NCBI GenBank assembly: GCA_000004695.1
Contig: CM000155.2
Span: 1,568,001 to 1,632,000 of the forward strand
DNA: 64,000 nt
Origin: Dictyostelium discoideum
Taxonomy: Eukaryota
Direction of reading: 5' to 3'
The notes beneath the pieces were generated by a model, which saw only the letters and a list, made by a program, of their open reading frames with translations, made no database searches and was not told where the DNA came from. Position numbers and translations under genes: made by a program. Of the stretch, positions 41,068-52,627 are shown one piece after another; the stretch's first letter is position 1, and every line of letters starts with the position of its first letter.

Positions 41068-42039
41068 TTAATTTCTACTTCTTCTTTCTATTTGATCAAT
41101 AACATTATTTGATTTTGTAAATCTTTGACCTCTTAAAAATTGATCATCTTTGAATATACCCTTATAGATATGGGAGTAATTATTAAGTTGACCTATACCA
41201 TTGAATTTACCATCACGGAATTCACCTTGATAAATGTAATTTGGAGTTACAATTTTACCAGTACCATTAAAGTGTTGATATTTCTCTTTGTATGGATAAA
41301 AGAAACCAACAAAAGCACCAACTAACGTTGAGCCTAAATGACAAGCATGATCCAAAGGTGATCTTCTTGAAAAAAGGGGTAAAAATAAACCACAGAAATC
41401 GAAAAGTGCCAATGCTGCCAATACTTGAGAACCTTCGAAATCAAACATTGGTAAGAATATAATACTTACACGTGAATTTTCAAATAAAACAGAGGATGCA
41501 AAGAGTGAGAAAACACTACCACTTGCACCAATCGAGGGAACTACATAACTTCCCACCAACAATTTATAAGTTAAACTTGTCATTGAACCAAATAAACCAC
41601 CCAAGAAATAGAGTATTAAGAAATCACGAGTTCCTAAATGATCATAAGCCGTACTACCAAATGATGCCAATGCATACATATTAAAAAGTATATGAAGTCC
41701 TTCTGTATGTGTAAATGTTGAAAGAATTAAAGATGATGGATACTTATTAAGTGATGATGGTGAAAGGAAGAAATGTGGACCAAATCTTTCTAAAAATCCT
41801 TGAATCTTTAATAAACGCCATACTATAATATTTGCTGCAATTAATGAACCAATCACTAAATATTTCTCTGTAATTTTATATTTTAAAATTTTAAAATAGT
41901 ATGGTTTTTCTTCAATATCTTGTTTACCATTATCATTATCATTTGAATTATTACCAAAACCTAAAAATCCTAACCCAACTCCAACAAATGAAAATAACAT
42001 ATTTTTTTTATTTCTATTTAAAAAATTTAAAATTTTTTC

Positions 42040-42078
<39 letters not shown>

Positions 42079-42390
42079 TTCATTATTTTCATTATTTTCA
42101 TTATTATTATTATTTTCATTATTTTTATTATTATTTTCATAACCTTTATCATTAATATTTGTTGAATAGAATCTATTATTATTAAATGAATTGATAGTAA
42201 AATTATTATTGATTAATGATGATGGTGTTGTTGTTGATAATGTATGATGGTGGTTATTTGTTACATTATAAATCAAATTAACATTTTTAAAATTTGGTGT
42301 AATTTTTGTAAAGTTTGTTTTTATATGTTTAACTTGATTTTTATTTAATATATTTTTTGATATTTTTTTAAAAATTGACGAACTTATCAT
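41068..42390 (-). CDS. rhomboid-family intramembrane serine protease (mitochondrial PARL/Pcp1-like) with two C-terminal MORN repeats; single exon
   Basis: Catalytic GASGSVFSL (GxSG) and downstream ACHLGSTLVG (His in TM6) present, multiple TM segments, N-terminal basic/hydroxylated presequence MISSSIFKKISKNILNKNQVKHIK. C-terminal YQGEFRDGKFNGIGQ…YKGIFKDDQFLRGQ are MORN motifs. ATG at 42390-42388. Confidence 0.8.
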
Positions 42391-42861
42391 TTTTTTGTTT
42401 TTTTAGAGTGTTGATAGAAAAAAAAAATAAAAATAAAAAATATGATCACTAATCACAAGTGCATAAAAAATAAAAAAAAAAATAAAAAACAATTTAAAAA
42501 AACCAAAAAGTCAAAATTTCAAAAAAAAAAAAATACACATTTAAATTTGTTTTCAAATTAACATTAACCATTTTTTAAAAAATAGATAATATGGAATAAT
42601 TATTAATTTTAAATTTATTTGTTAAAAAAATGAAAATTGTATCTCAATAATATATATTTATATTTTTCTGAATAAATTATTTAATTGTATTAAAATAAAA
42701 AAAAAAAATAAATCCACCAGGCAAATTTAAAATTTTTTTATTTTAAAATTTTTTAATATTTTTATTTTATTATTACTTATTATTACTTATTATTATTATT
42801 ATTATTTATTTTTTAATTTTTTTTAATTTTTTTTTTTTTTTTTTTTTTTAATTTTTTTTTT

Positions 42862-44672
42862 TTAATGAGAAACTATAATTGGTTTTGAATTTGGATCAAA
42901 TTTAAAAGTTAATTTCTTCCAGAATAATAAAACTATACCCATATCGAAAACCCACATTGAAATTAATACAATGAAAAGTGGTAGACGTCTTATCATTGAT
43001 AAACCATAACCAGCCCAAAGCGGACCAAGAATTCTAGCAAGACTACCCATAATCATCATACAACCACTTAGGAAACCTTGAGATTCTTCTTCACCATAGA
43101 TTCTATTCAATAGTTTAGAATAAAGACTATAGACTGAAGTATTTTGAGTTGGAATACCAACAGTAGTGATTGCAACCGATAAAATGAATTTCCACATTGG
43201 TACACTATCAGTTGCCAAACCAAGTCCAAAGAAGAACATCATCAATATTAAACCAGCACCAATGAATAACATACCAAACATGATTGCATGTTTATCTTGT
43301 CCACCTTTACCTGTGAATATAACTGTAACAATAATGAAAACTATGATTTCCAATGACACCAAACTATACATAATACTATTTTGAATTGTACCAAAACCAT
43401 ACTGTTGTTGAGTGATTGGTGTAATTAAAGTTTCAAGTGAACCAAATACAAAATTTTGCACAAAATTAATTACAAAACATGTCAATAGTGATGCATTTAA
43501 TATCTTTTTTAAATTTTCTAAAAATGTTGGTTCTTTTTTCTTTTGATCAGCACCAAATAATCTTGATTGATGAATTGAACCACCATTTGATGAAGAGGTT
43601 TGATATTTTGAAAATTTTTTACTTGAAAAATGTTGAAATGATGATTGTGGTGTAATCATGGTAGTTGATAATGATTCACCACCATTTCCATTTAAACCTT
43701 TTGGATTAACCATTCTATATGTTAATGATCCTTCCTCTCCAAATGTTGGATATTTACTATATGTTGAATATTGTTGATTTATACTATGCTTATAGTCTCC
43801 ACCCAATGTAACTTCTGAATATTTATCTAATGCATGTGGATGGCTTGTACTTTTATGTAATAATGGTGCTTTTTCATTACTTTTAAATTTAGATGATGAA
43901 ATATGTTGTTGTTTTTCATTTATATCAATTTTAGATACTTGATCAATATTAGTTTGATTATTATCTTGATTATCAATTATTGGAGTTGGTTCTCTGAATC
44001 CAATGAATGATAATAAAATTAAGAATAAAAATAATGCTAATAACCAACCTGGTGTTCTTAATGGATCGAAAATGAAATGAACTTTACCAATCCAAAAATT
44101 GAAATTAACTTCACCAATACCAAGATTAAATGCTGGACCTGCAACTAAACCAAATGCATTGATACCATTGATTATACCCATAAATTTGGTTCTTTGCTCT
44201 TTGGTACTGACTGCTGCAATGTAACTATTGGTTAATGCCATATTACTACTACCGATACCTGCTATGAAACGACCTGCAATCACCATATATGGATCGATTG
44301 CCATTGCATAAACTATATTACCAATTACACCAACTATTAAACTTGCTATAAAACTTTCTTTCATTGTTCTTTTGTCTGCCCAAATTCCAACAATTGGTAA
44401 AAAACAAACTTGTGCTATTGAAAATACTGCTAATGCCCACCCCAATGAATTACTATTACCATTGATTGATTCTAAATATTTTAATAATGATGGCATTACA
44501 ATACCATATTCAACATTTGCCACAAATCCAATTATCATAACTGTTGTTAAACTTAACATGTGGACTCGATTTTCTGTTTTTTCATTTGATATTTCCACTT
44601 TTTCATCTTTTACTGATACTTTTTCTTCTTTATTTATTATTAAAATTGAATCATTACTATTATTATTTTCTA

Positions 44673-44676
<4 letters not shown>
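42862..44676 (-). CDS. mfsd8: major facilitator superfamily transporter, MFSD8/CLN7 homologue; single exon
   Basis: 12-TM MFS layout. LGWALAVFSIAQVCFLPIVGIWADKRTMKESFIASLIVGVIGNIVYAMAI…YMVIAGRFIAGIGSSNMALTNSYIAAVSTKEQRT aligns with human MFSD8 [48 protein letters not shown]…[33 protein letters not shown]. C-terminal …MGSLARILGPL aligns with …SGSGARILGPM. ATG at 44676. Confidence 0.75.
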
Positions 44677-44706
<30 letters not shown>

Positions 44707-44751
44707 CCAAATACCTTTTATTCAATGGTAATAATAATAAAAAAAGATGGT

Positions 44752-44788
<37 letters not shown>

Positions 44789-45118
44789 TTAAATAAAATT
44801 CAAAAAAAAAAAAAAAAAAAGGGGGGGTTATAAAAGGGAATCAACTTTGCTTGGGTTTTTTTTTTTTTTAACAAATTTTTAATTTTTTTTTAATTTTTAA
44901 TTTTTTTTTAATTTTTTTTTAATTTTTAAATTTTTTTTAAAACCCAAAAATATTTTGTTGTAAAGGAACAAATTTTCTTTTTTTTTTTTTTTTTTTTTTT
45001 TTTTTGGAAAAATTTTTTTAATGGGGGGTTATCATTCCCTAAAAAAACTTTTTCCCAAACCAAAAAAACCAAAAAAAATTTAAATTTAAAAATTAAAATT
45101 AAAAAAAATGGGGTTTTT

Positions 45119-45150
<32 letters not shown>

Positions 45151-45344
45151 TTATTATTAAAGGGGATTGGGTTTTTAAAAAAATAGAGATGAAAAAAAAA
45201 AATTTGGATATTTCGGAAAAAAAAAAAAAAAATTAAGAGTTTTTTTTTATTTTTTATTTACAACTTTAAAAAGATATTTTTATTATCTTTTTTTTTTTTT
45301 TTTTTTTTTCTTTATCTTTTTCTTTTTATATATATTTTTTTTTT

Positions 45345-45596
45345 TTATTTAATTCCAGTTTGTTTTTTAAAAACTCTAACTATTGAATTGAAGAAAATAG
45401 TTCCGAGGATAATTGAACCACTAACCAAAATCGAAATAAACCCTTGATATCCATTACAATATATTCTTTTTGATAAAAGAAGACATAGTGGAATAATAAA
45501 TGTTAATTGTATTGTAAAATCTAAATTGATAAACAAAGATAAAATTGAAAGACAAAAAAGAAACACTATTGAATTATTTTCAAAAGTTTCATTCAT
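45345..45596 (-). CDS. small (83 aa) two-TM membrane protein of unknown function
   Basis: ATG-to-TAA ORF with two hydrophobic segments and basic C-terminus (VRVFKKQTGIK). No intron signals. A (TTTTG)n microsatellite lies immediately 5' of the ATG. No family assigned. Confidence 0.4.
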   Translation of the reverse strand: MNETFENNSIVFLFCLSILSLFINLDFTIQLTFIIPLCLLLSKRIYCNGYQGFISILVSGSIILGTIFFNSIVRVFKKQTGIK

Positions 45597-45644
45597 TTTA
45601 TCTACTCTGGGAACATATCCTATTTTCTTTTGTTTAGTTTTTTT

Positions 45645-45701
45645 TTGTTTTGTTTTGTTTTGTTTTGTTTTGTTTTGTTTTGTTTTGTTTTGTTTTGTTT
45701 G
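45645..45701. repeat. (TTTTG)n pentanucleotide microsatellite immediately upstream of the small-membrane-protein gene start
   Basis: gttttgttttgttttg… 11 units. Confidence 0.9.
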
Positions 45702-46012
45702 GAGAAAAATAAAATAGGAAAATAATAGAAAAAAAAAAAAAATTTTAAAAAAAAAAAAAAATTTTTAAAAAAAATTAAAATTAATTCATCTGTAAAGGTT
45801 TTGTGATGGAAAACTCAAATAGTTAAAAAAATTTATAAAAATTAAAAAAAATAATATAAAAATCTAAAAAAAAAAACAATTAAATCTTTTTTTAGTTTTT
45901 TAAGTTTTTTTAAAATCCAAAATTAAATGTTTTCTGTATCCCAGTTACATATTAAGTTTTTATAATAAAATGTAAACCCAACAAATTCAAATCAATTCAA
46001 AATAGTAAGCAA

Positions 46013-46051
<39 letters not shown>

Positions 46052-46535
46052 AAAGTTTTTTTTTTAATATCTGGTATACAAGTAATTGTAATTAGGTATC
46101 ATCTATATTTTACATTTTTGATTCCAATTTTTATTTTATTTTTTTATTTAACATTTTCAACAAAGTATATTATTTCATATTGTAATTGATAGAAAGATGG
46201 AAAAAAAAAGTGCAAATGCAAAAGTTCTTTGAGAATTTGATGCTCGTAGGTACGGTGTTTTTTACTTTTTTATTTTCTGCGAGCGACTTTGCAAATTAAC
46301 ATAAATATAAACACCACAATCATTTCATTATTATTTTGTAGTTATAGAGATATTAGAATTTTATAATTTCTAACTATGCTTTTTTTTTTCTCCATATAAA
46401 ATTTTTTTTTGGCATTTTGTTGTTTTGGATTTGTGAGGTGGTTATTTTTAAATTTCATTTTTTTTATTTTTTTTTTATTTTTATTTTTTTTTTTTTTATT
46501 TTTATCCACAACAATTCAAACAAAAAAAAAAAAAA

Positions 46536-48003
46536 ATGATTGGTAGTGATAAATTATTTTTTAAAGTTTGGAGAAATATTTATTTAAAAAAAATAATATT
46601 TCATCATTTAAAATTATATAATTATATAAATAATTATTTAAATGATTTTTATAGTATAAATTCAATTTTTGAATTTAGAGAAAATTTTCAACCAAAAGGA
46701 TATTTAAATTCATTAGTTTTAAATATTAGTGATATATTAAATGGTAATGGAATTTATGATGATCATTCTGAATTATTTGATGGAATTCTATTTGATCAAT
46801 TTTTACCAAAAGATGTCACAACTCTAACTATAAAATACAGTAGGGATGCAATTTCATTAGGATTAGATGAACCAAGAATACAACTTGAATTACCACCATT
46901 ACCAGATCAAATCACCACATTAAATATATTCACCATGCAGATGGAATACTATCAAAATATTGATAATACTAAACCATTAGATATAAGTGAATGGCCATTA
47001 AAACCAAACTATTTAATGGGAAAAGTGAACTTAAGGAAATTAAATTTTAAAAAGATGCCAAATATAGATTATAACAAAATCAACCTACCATTATATATTT
47101 CAAATAGTTTTAATAAAATCACTACAATTTCAATTGGACAAATACCAATGGGAATTATTGATTTAAGATTACCAGATAATTTTAACGGTAATCTTGAAAG
47201 TGGTTGTATTCCATCAACAGTTTTAAAATTAAAATTTGGTAGAGCCTATGATAAACCTTTAAATAAATCAACAGATTTACCAATTGGTTTAATTGAATTA
47301 ACTTATCATGCTAATCATTCAATACCATTGAATTGTTTACCTGAAACTTTAGAAATATTAAAACTCGGTGAAAATTATAATTCACCAATCATAATTGGAT
47401 CATTACCAAAATCTTTAAAATCTTTAAAATTTGGTAAATCATTTAATCAACCATTGAAACAAATTGGTTGTTTTCCATTGAATGAAAATTTAAATACTTT
47501 GATATTAGGTAAAAATTGGGATAATATAGTATCAAATGGTGTTTTACCTTCATCAACATTAATTCATTTAAATTTAGGAAAAGCAAGTGATTTTAGATTG
47601 AAACAAACTATTTATTCATCAAGTATTAATATGTTTAGTAAATTCTATTCAGATGAATCATTAATTCAATGTAATAATTTGAAAACATTAATTATTAATT
47701 ATTTCGATAAACAAATCTTACCAAATTCATTACCAAATTCAATTGTAACAATTAAATTTAAAAATTTCAATAATGGTAATAAACCAATCCAACCATTTTC
47801 TTTACCATCTGAATTGGAATACATTGATTTTGGTAATAAATTCAATCAAAAGATTCAACCAAATTCTTTTTCTCATTTAAAAAATTTAAAAACAATTAAA
47901 TTTGGTAAATCATTTAATCAATCATTAGAAAATTGTATTATTCCTTCAACTGTTAATTTAATAACTTTTAAAAATTCAAAATTTAATAAATCACCACCAC
48001 CAA

Positions 48004-48042
<39 letters not shown>

Positions 48043-48629
48043 CTTTAAAATTAAAAATAAGAATGTATAATTCAAATGATTTAAGTAATGATTTTAAAAA
48101 TTGTTTAAATTCAATAGATTGTAAATTCTTATCAAATGAAGATGAATCAAATTTAAATTCAACTACATTCCCAAATTCATTAACAAGTTTAAAAATTAGA
48201 GATGAGTTTAGAAAACCAACAAGTTATAATGGATTTTTAAAAAATAAAATTAATTTAACAAATTTAGATATAAATGAACCAATTGAAAAATTAGAATTAC
48301 CTTTATTAAATAATAATGATAATAAAACAACAACAACAACGACAACAACACAAAATAATAATAATATAGTTAATAATATTAAAATTTTAACATTATATAG
48401 AGGTATACATCCATTATTAATATTTCCATCAATTGAAATTTTAATTATAAAAACTTCATATATTATTATAGATGAAAAACAATTCCCAAATTTAAAAGAA
48501 ATTCATTCAAAAAATCATAAATTTATAAATTCAATTTTTAATAATCCAAAATTATTTGAAATTTTAAAATATCCAATTAAAAATAAAAATCAAAAGCTTG
48601 ATGAAAGAGCTTCAACAATTTTATTTTAA
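46536..48629 (+). CDS. FNIP-repeat (Dictyostelium-type leucine-rich FNIP repeat) protein, single exon
   Basis: Many tandem copies of the FNIP motif (LPKSLKSLKFGKSFNQPL, FGNKFNQKI, KFGKSFNQSL, LP-S/N-L at about 22-residue spacing). ATG at 46536, TAA at 48627-48629. Poly-Thr tracts from (ACA)n. Confidence 0.8.
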
Positions 48630-48688
48630 ATATAATTTATTTATCAGAGTTGTTATTATTATTATTATTATTATTTTTACATTTTATT

Positions 48689-49348
48689 TTAAAATTTACC
48701 AGATTGAAAATCATAAAATGCTTGTTGAATTTCTCTTTGTGTATTCATAACGAATGGACCATGTTGTACAACAGGTTCACGTAATGGTTTTGCAGATAAG
48801 AATAAAAATCTAACACCATTTTCACCAGCGGTGACATCAATTTTATTTGGAATTGATTGTTGTTGATCATCTTTTGAGAGGGTATTGTTATCTTTGTTTT
48901 CTAATAAACCAATATGTTGATCACCGATTTTAACTTGATTACCTTGTGGACCGAAAAAACCTTCACCTTCGAAAACATAAACAAAAGAACTATGATCAAA
49001 ATCTGGAATTTCCTCTGAAAATTTAGCATTTGCTTTTAATTTAACATCTAAAAAGATTGGTTTAACATGTAAATCTCTAACTGGACCTTCGATACCATCA
49101 TAAACACCTGCGATGATTCTAACTTTTTTATCATCAGTATTAACCTCTGGTATATCTGCTGCTGGAATATCTTTATACCATGGTTCTGACATCTTTTCTG
49201 CTGCTGCTAAATTTAACCAAAATTGAAATCCAAACATCATACCATCACGTTGTTGTGGAATTTCTGAATGAATAATACTAAAATTATAAATTAAAATTAT
49301 ATTTATTAATATATATAAAATTTTTTTTTTTATTGTTTTTTAATTTCT

Positions 49349-49382
<34 letters not shown>

Positions 49383-49934
49383 ACACATACCCTTTACCTG
49401 CATTCATAATTTGAACCATGCCTGGTAATAATAAACCTCTATTTTTTCTATTATCCTCATGTAACATTGCACCTTCAATCATGTAGGTGAGAGTTTGTTG
49501 ACCACGATGTGGGTGATCTGGGAAACCTAAATAATAAATAATAAATTATTAAATTAGTTTGGGAAAACTCTGGATACTATATGCTATACTATGCTATATA
49601 TTATATTTACCTGCGATATAATCATCTGGGTTATCAGATTTGAAGGCATCCAACATTAAAAATGGATCAACTTCACTACTTTTTATAGAACCTATTGGAA
49701 AGAAAATAATTATTAATAAAATTTAAATTTCCTAAAGGAAATAATAAAAAAAAAAATAACCTAGGTGGGTTGCAATTTTTTTTTTTTTTTTTATTATTAT
49801 TAATATTAGGTGATAAAGTTAATATACTAAAATGAATTCATACCTCCAATAACACGAGTTAATGAAACTCCATCACCATCTTTTGTAGCAATACCTTTAG
49901 CTACCTTTAGTACTTTTCTTGATACACTTGACAT
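48689..49934 (-). CDS. pirin (bicupin) homologue; exons 49934..49844, 49681..49601, 49526..49391, 49277..48689 (298 aa)
   Basis: Spliced product …KGIATKDGDGVSLTRVIG|GSIKSSEVDPFLMLDAFKSDNPDDYIAG|FPDHPHRGQQTLTYMIEGAMLHEDNRKNRGLLLPGMVQIMNAGKG|IIHSEIPQQRDGMMFGFQFWLNL…EPVVQHGPFVMNTQREIQQAFYDFQSGKF matches human pirin (…DPFLLFDEFK…GFPDHPHRGFETVSYLLEGG…QWMTAGRGILHAE…GLQLWVNL…EPVIQHGPFVMNTNEEISQAILDF). Donors GTATGA (49843), GTAAAT (49600), GTATGT (49390). Acceptors 49683-49682, 49528-49527, 49279-49278. Phases 1,1,2 consistent. Confidence 0.85.
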
Positions 49935-50395
49935 TTTTACTATTTTATTATTTACTTTTTAAAAAATAAATTTTTTATGTTTGGGAATTTTTTTATTTTT
50001 TGAAAAAAAATTGTTTTTTATTTTTAATTAATTTTCGGCGATGTTCGGGGTGATATTTTTAGAGTGGATTGCTTTAAAAAAAAAAATAATAATAACCTTC
50101 AATTTTTTTTGCGTTTTATTTTTTTTTTCACAACTGGCGCTTTTTTTTTAATTAAATTAAAAAAATAATATGAAAAATTTAAAAATAAATAAAATTTTTT
50201 TTTTTACTTTATGATTCGATTAGAATAAAAACAATTTGAAATGGAGACAAAAAATATTAATCATTTAATATAGTGAAAATTTTATTTAGTTACCTAATAT
50301 TATTAGAAAAAGAAACCCAAATTACACACATCCATGTGTTTCTGATACTTTATATTACCAATATTTTAATCACGATAATAACATTAGACTTTTAA

Positions 50396-51731
50396 AAGGA
50401 TCAATACGTACGGATGCCCGCGAACGTCAATAGTGAACAGGTGGTACAATGGCCAAAGGATCAACAGGATTTTCTAATTAAAAATAAGGTACCGTTGGAA
50501 AGGATATGGAATTTGGACGAAACAGCAATAAAACTTGATGAAACTGCAGTTAAGGTAAAAGTATTAAACTTACAACCATTTTTTTAAGTAATATATTACA
50601 ATATATCATTCATATTAATTAATAAAATTCTTTGAATATTTTGATTATAGTATGTTGTAAACAAAAGTTTAGGTAAACCATTGACAAAACCACTCAACTA
50701 TTCCCAACATGTCACCATGATTGGGTGTATATCGGCGAGTGGTCGCCGTTTACCTCATTACTCAATTATAAAGGCACCAAAGACATCAATTGGCAATATA
50801 ACAATTCATACCCAAGGGAATATAATATTTAATGAGTCAGGATGGGTTGACACCAAACAAAAAGTAGATTTCATTAAGTATTTTGGTGATTCAATAAACA
50901 GAGGTCTAACCAAACCTTATCCATTAACTGTTTTATACTTGGACAATCATTCATCAAACTTACAAGAAGAAGTTGCAGATGCCTTGAATGAATATAATAT
51001 TCATTGTTATACGTTTCCAGCTAACTCAACTCACTTATTGCAACCATTGGATTTATTGGTTTTCGGTATTTTCAAAAGAAAGTTGAACCAGACCATTAAT
51101 AATTTAAAAAGGGTTAAATCCAAAAAGGATATACCCAAAACAAGCTAATTATCATTTGAGGAATTATTGGACGTAATAGAAACATCATGGGATGCTACTG
51201 CTTCACCAATTACTATTAAGAATGCTTTTGAAATGATTAAAATAGATTGGAAATCGATAAAAGCATCTTATTTGGATGAATTGGAAAATAATGACGATAA
51301 ATCTTTAGCATGTGTTTCCAATACTTTAGTTATAAATGAAAAACCCTCTTCAACCCAAATAGCAGATGCAAGAAAGATTGGGTTCCAAATTAACAGTTTG
51401 GGTGTAGGGTAGGTAAGAAAAAATAAAATCTATAAATTACTATTATTATATACTAATTTTTTAATTTTAAAATCACAGAAATACAATAAAAATAGATGAA
51501 GCACCAAAAAAAAGAGGTAGACCATCAAAGGTTACTATTAATTCAACTGTAAATGTTTTAAATGTCAATATCCAAAACAATTTTAATATACCAATTACCG
51601 ACTTTTCATCACCTGTGTTAAAACTTAACAAAAATGGCCAACCAAGAAAAAAATATACTAAAAAATTAAAGGCCATTCATGATAGTACAATAAATCAACA
51701 GAATTCAAACAAAATCTCTGAAATTGATTAA
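50396..51731 (+). mobile_element. 5'-truncated remnant of a pogo/Tigger-like DNA transposon. DDE_1 transposase ORF in 3 exons (about 50396..50554, 50651..51408, 51478..51731) with an in-frame TAA at 51146-51148.
   Basis: Translation …VPLERIWNLDETAIKLDETAVK|YVVNKSLGKPLTKPLNYSQHVTMIGCISASGRRLPH…LTVLYLDNHSSN…YTFPANSTHLLQPLDLLVFGIFK… has the DDE_1 signature (N-DE-T … LLLDN…SH … PPNST..LQPLD). It is followed by the typical …AWD…I.NAF… region and a C-terminal KKRGRPSK basic tail. The N-terminal CENP-B/HTH region is missing (reading frame opens only at 50396). Introns at GTAAAAG (50555) / AG (50649-50650) and GTAGGT (51409) / AG (51476-51477). This block is far less AT-rich than its flanks. Confidence 0.6.
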
Positions 51732-52090
51732 TCTCCAATATTAATAAATAATAATAAATAAATAAATTATTTTTTTTCTCATATAAAATTTTAATTAAAA
51801 AAAATGTCGGTTGCAAAAAAAAAAAAAACTCGAAAAAAAATTGAAGGTAATAACCAATTTAATATTTAATCAATAACAATAAAATTAGAATAATTTAAAA
51901 AAATAAAATAAATTAAATTAAAATATCAATAACAATAAGATTAAATTATAAAAAAAAAAAGTGATATTTGAAAATATCTATAAAGGTGTCAATTTTGAAA
52001 AGTGATTAGAGATTTCAATTTAATCATCATTTGTTTTTTTTGGTTATTACTTAGATTAAAAAATAATTTGAATGATTATAAATATAATAA

Positions 52091-52103
52091 TTATTATTAT
52101 TAC

Positions 52104-52161
<58 letters not shown>

Positions 52162-52170
52162 TAATTTTTA
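52091..52170. repeat. (TAT)n microsatellite, intergenic
   Basis: Perfect trinucleotide run. Confidence 0.9.
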
Positions 52171-52627
52171 GTTATAATTAATGATCCAAAAAAACAGAAT
52201 CATTTCATTCATTTTTTTATATTTGATACAATAATTATACTTTTTTTAATTTTTTTTTTTTTTCATTTTTTTTTAATAACATGTAAATGGTATAATTTTA
52301 GTAAGATTATTTAAAAATACAAATGAAAATCAAAGACCACCATTACCAGAAAGAAAAGGGTGCTCCATTATTACCAAGATATGAATATATATAATTCAAA
52401 GAATATGATTATAATGAAGATGATGAAATTATTTATGTTTTATATAAAATATTTTACTTTTCCATTTAGTAAATTTTAAATAGGACATTTACCAAATAAA
52501 ATTTATAGATTTAATTTATTTAATTTTCTCATGTACATAAATAATCATATTTTATTTAAAAAGTTATTTTTATTTATTTATTTTAATAATTTATTTAATT
52601 AATAATAATAACAATAATAATAATAAT

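Noticed and set aside
45526-45717. Plus ORF 45526..45717 (…FCFVLFCFVLFCF)
   Set aside because: Translation of the (TTTTG)n microsatellite overlapping the start of the minus-strand small membrane-protein gene.
51167-51676. Treating ORF 51167..51412 as an independent gene; minus ORF 51473..51676
   Set aside because: 51167..51412 is the continuation of the transposase after its in-frame TAA. 51473..51676 is antisense to transposase exon 3.
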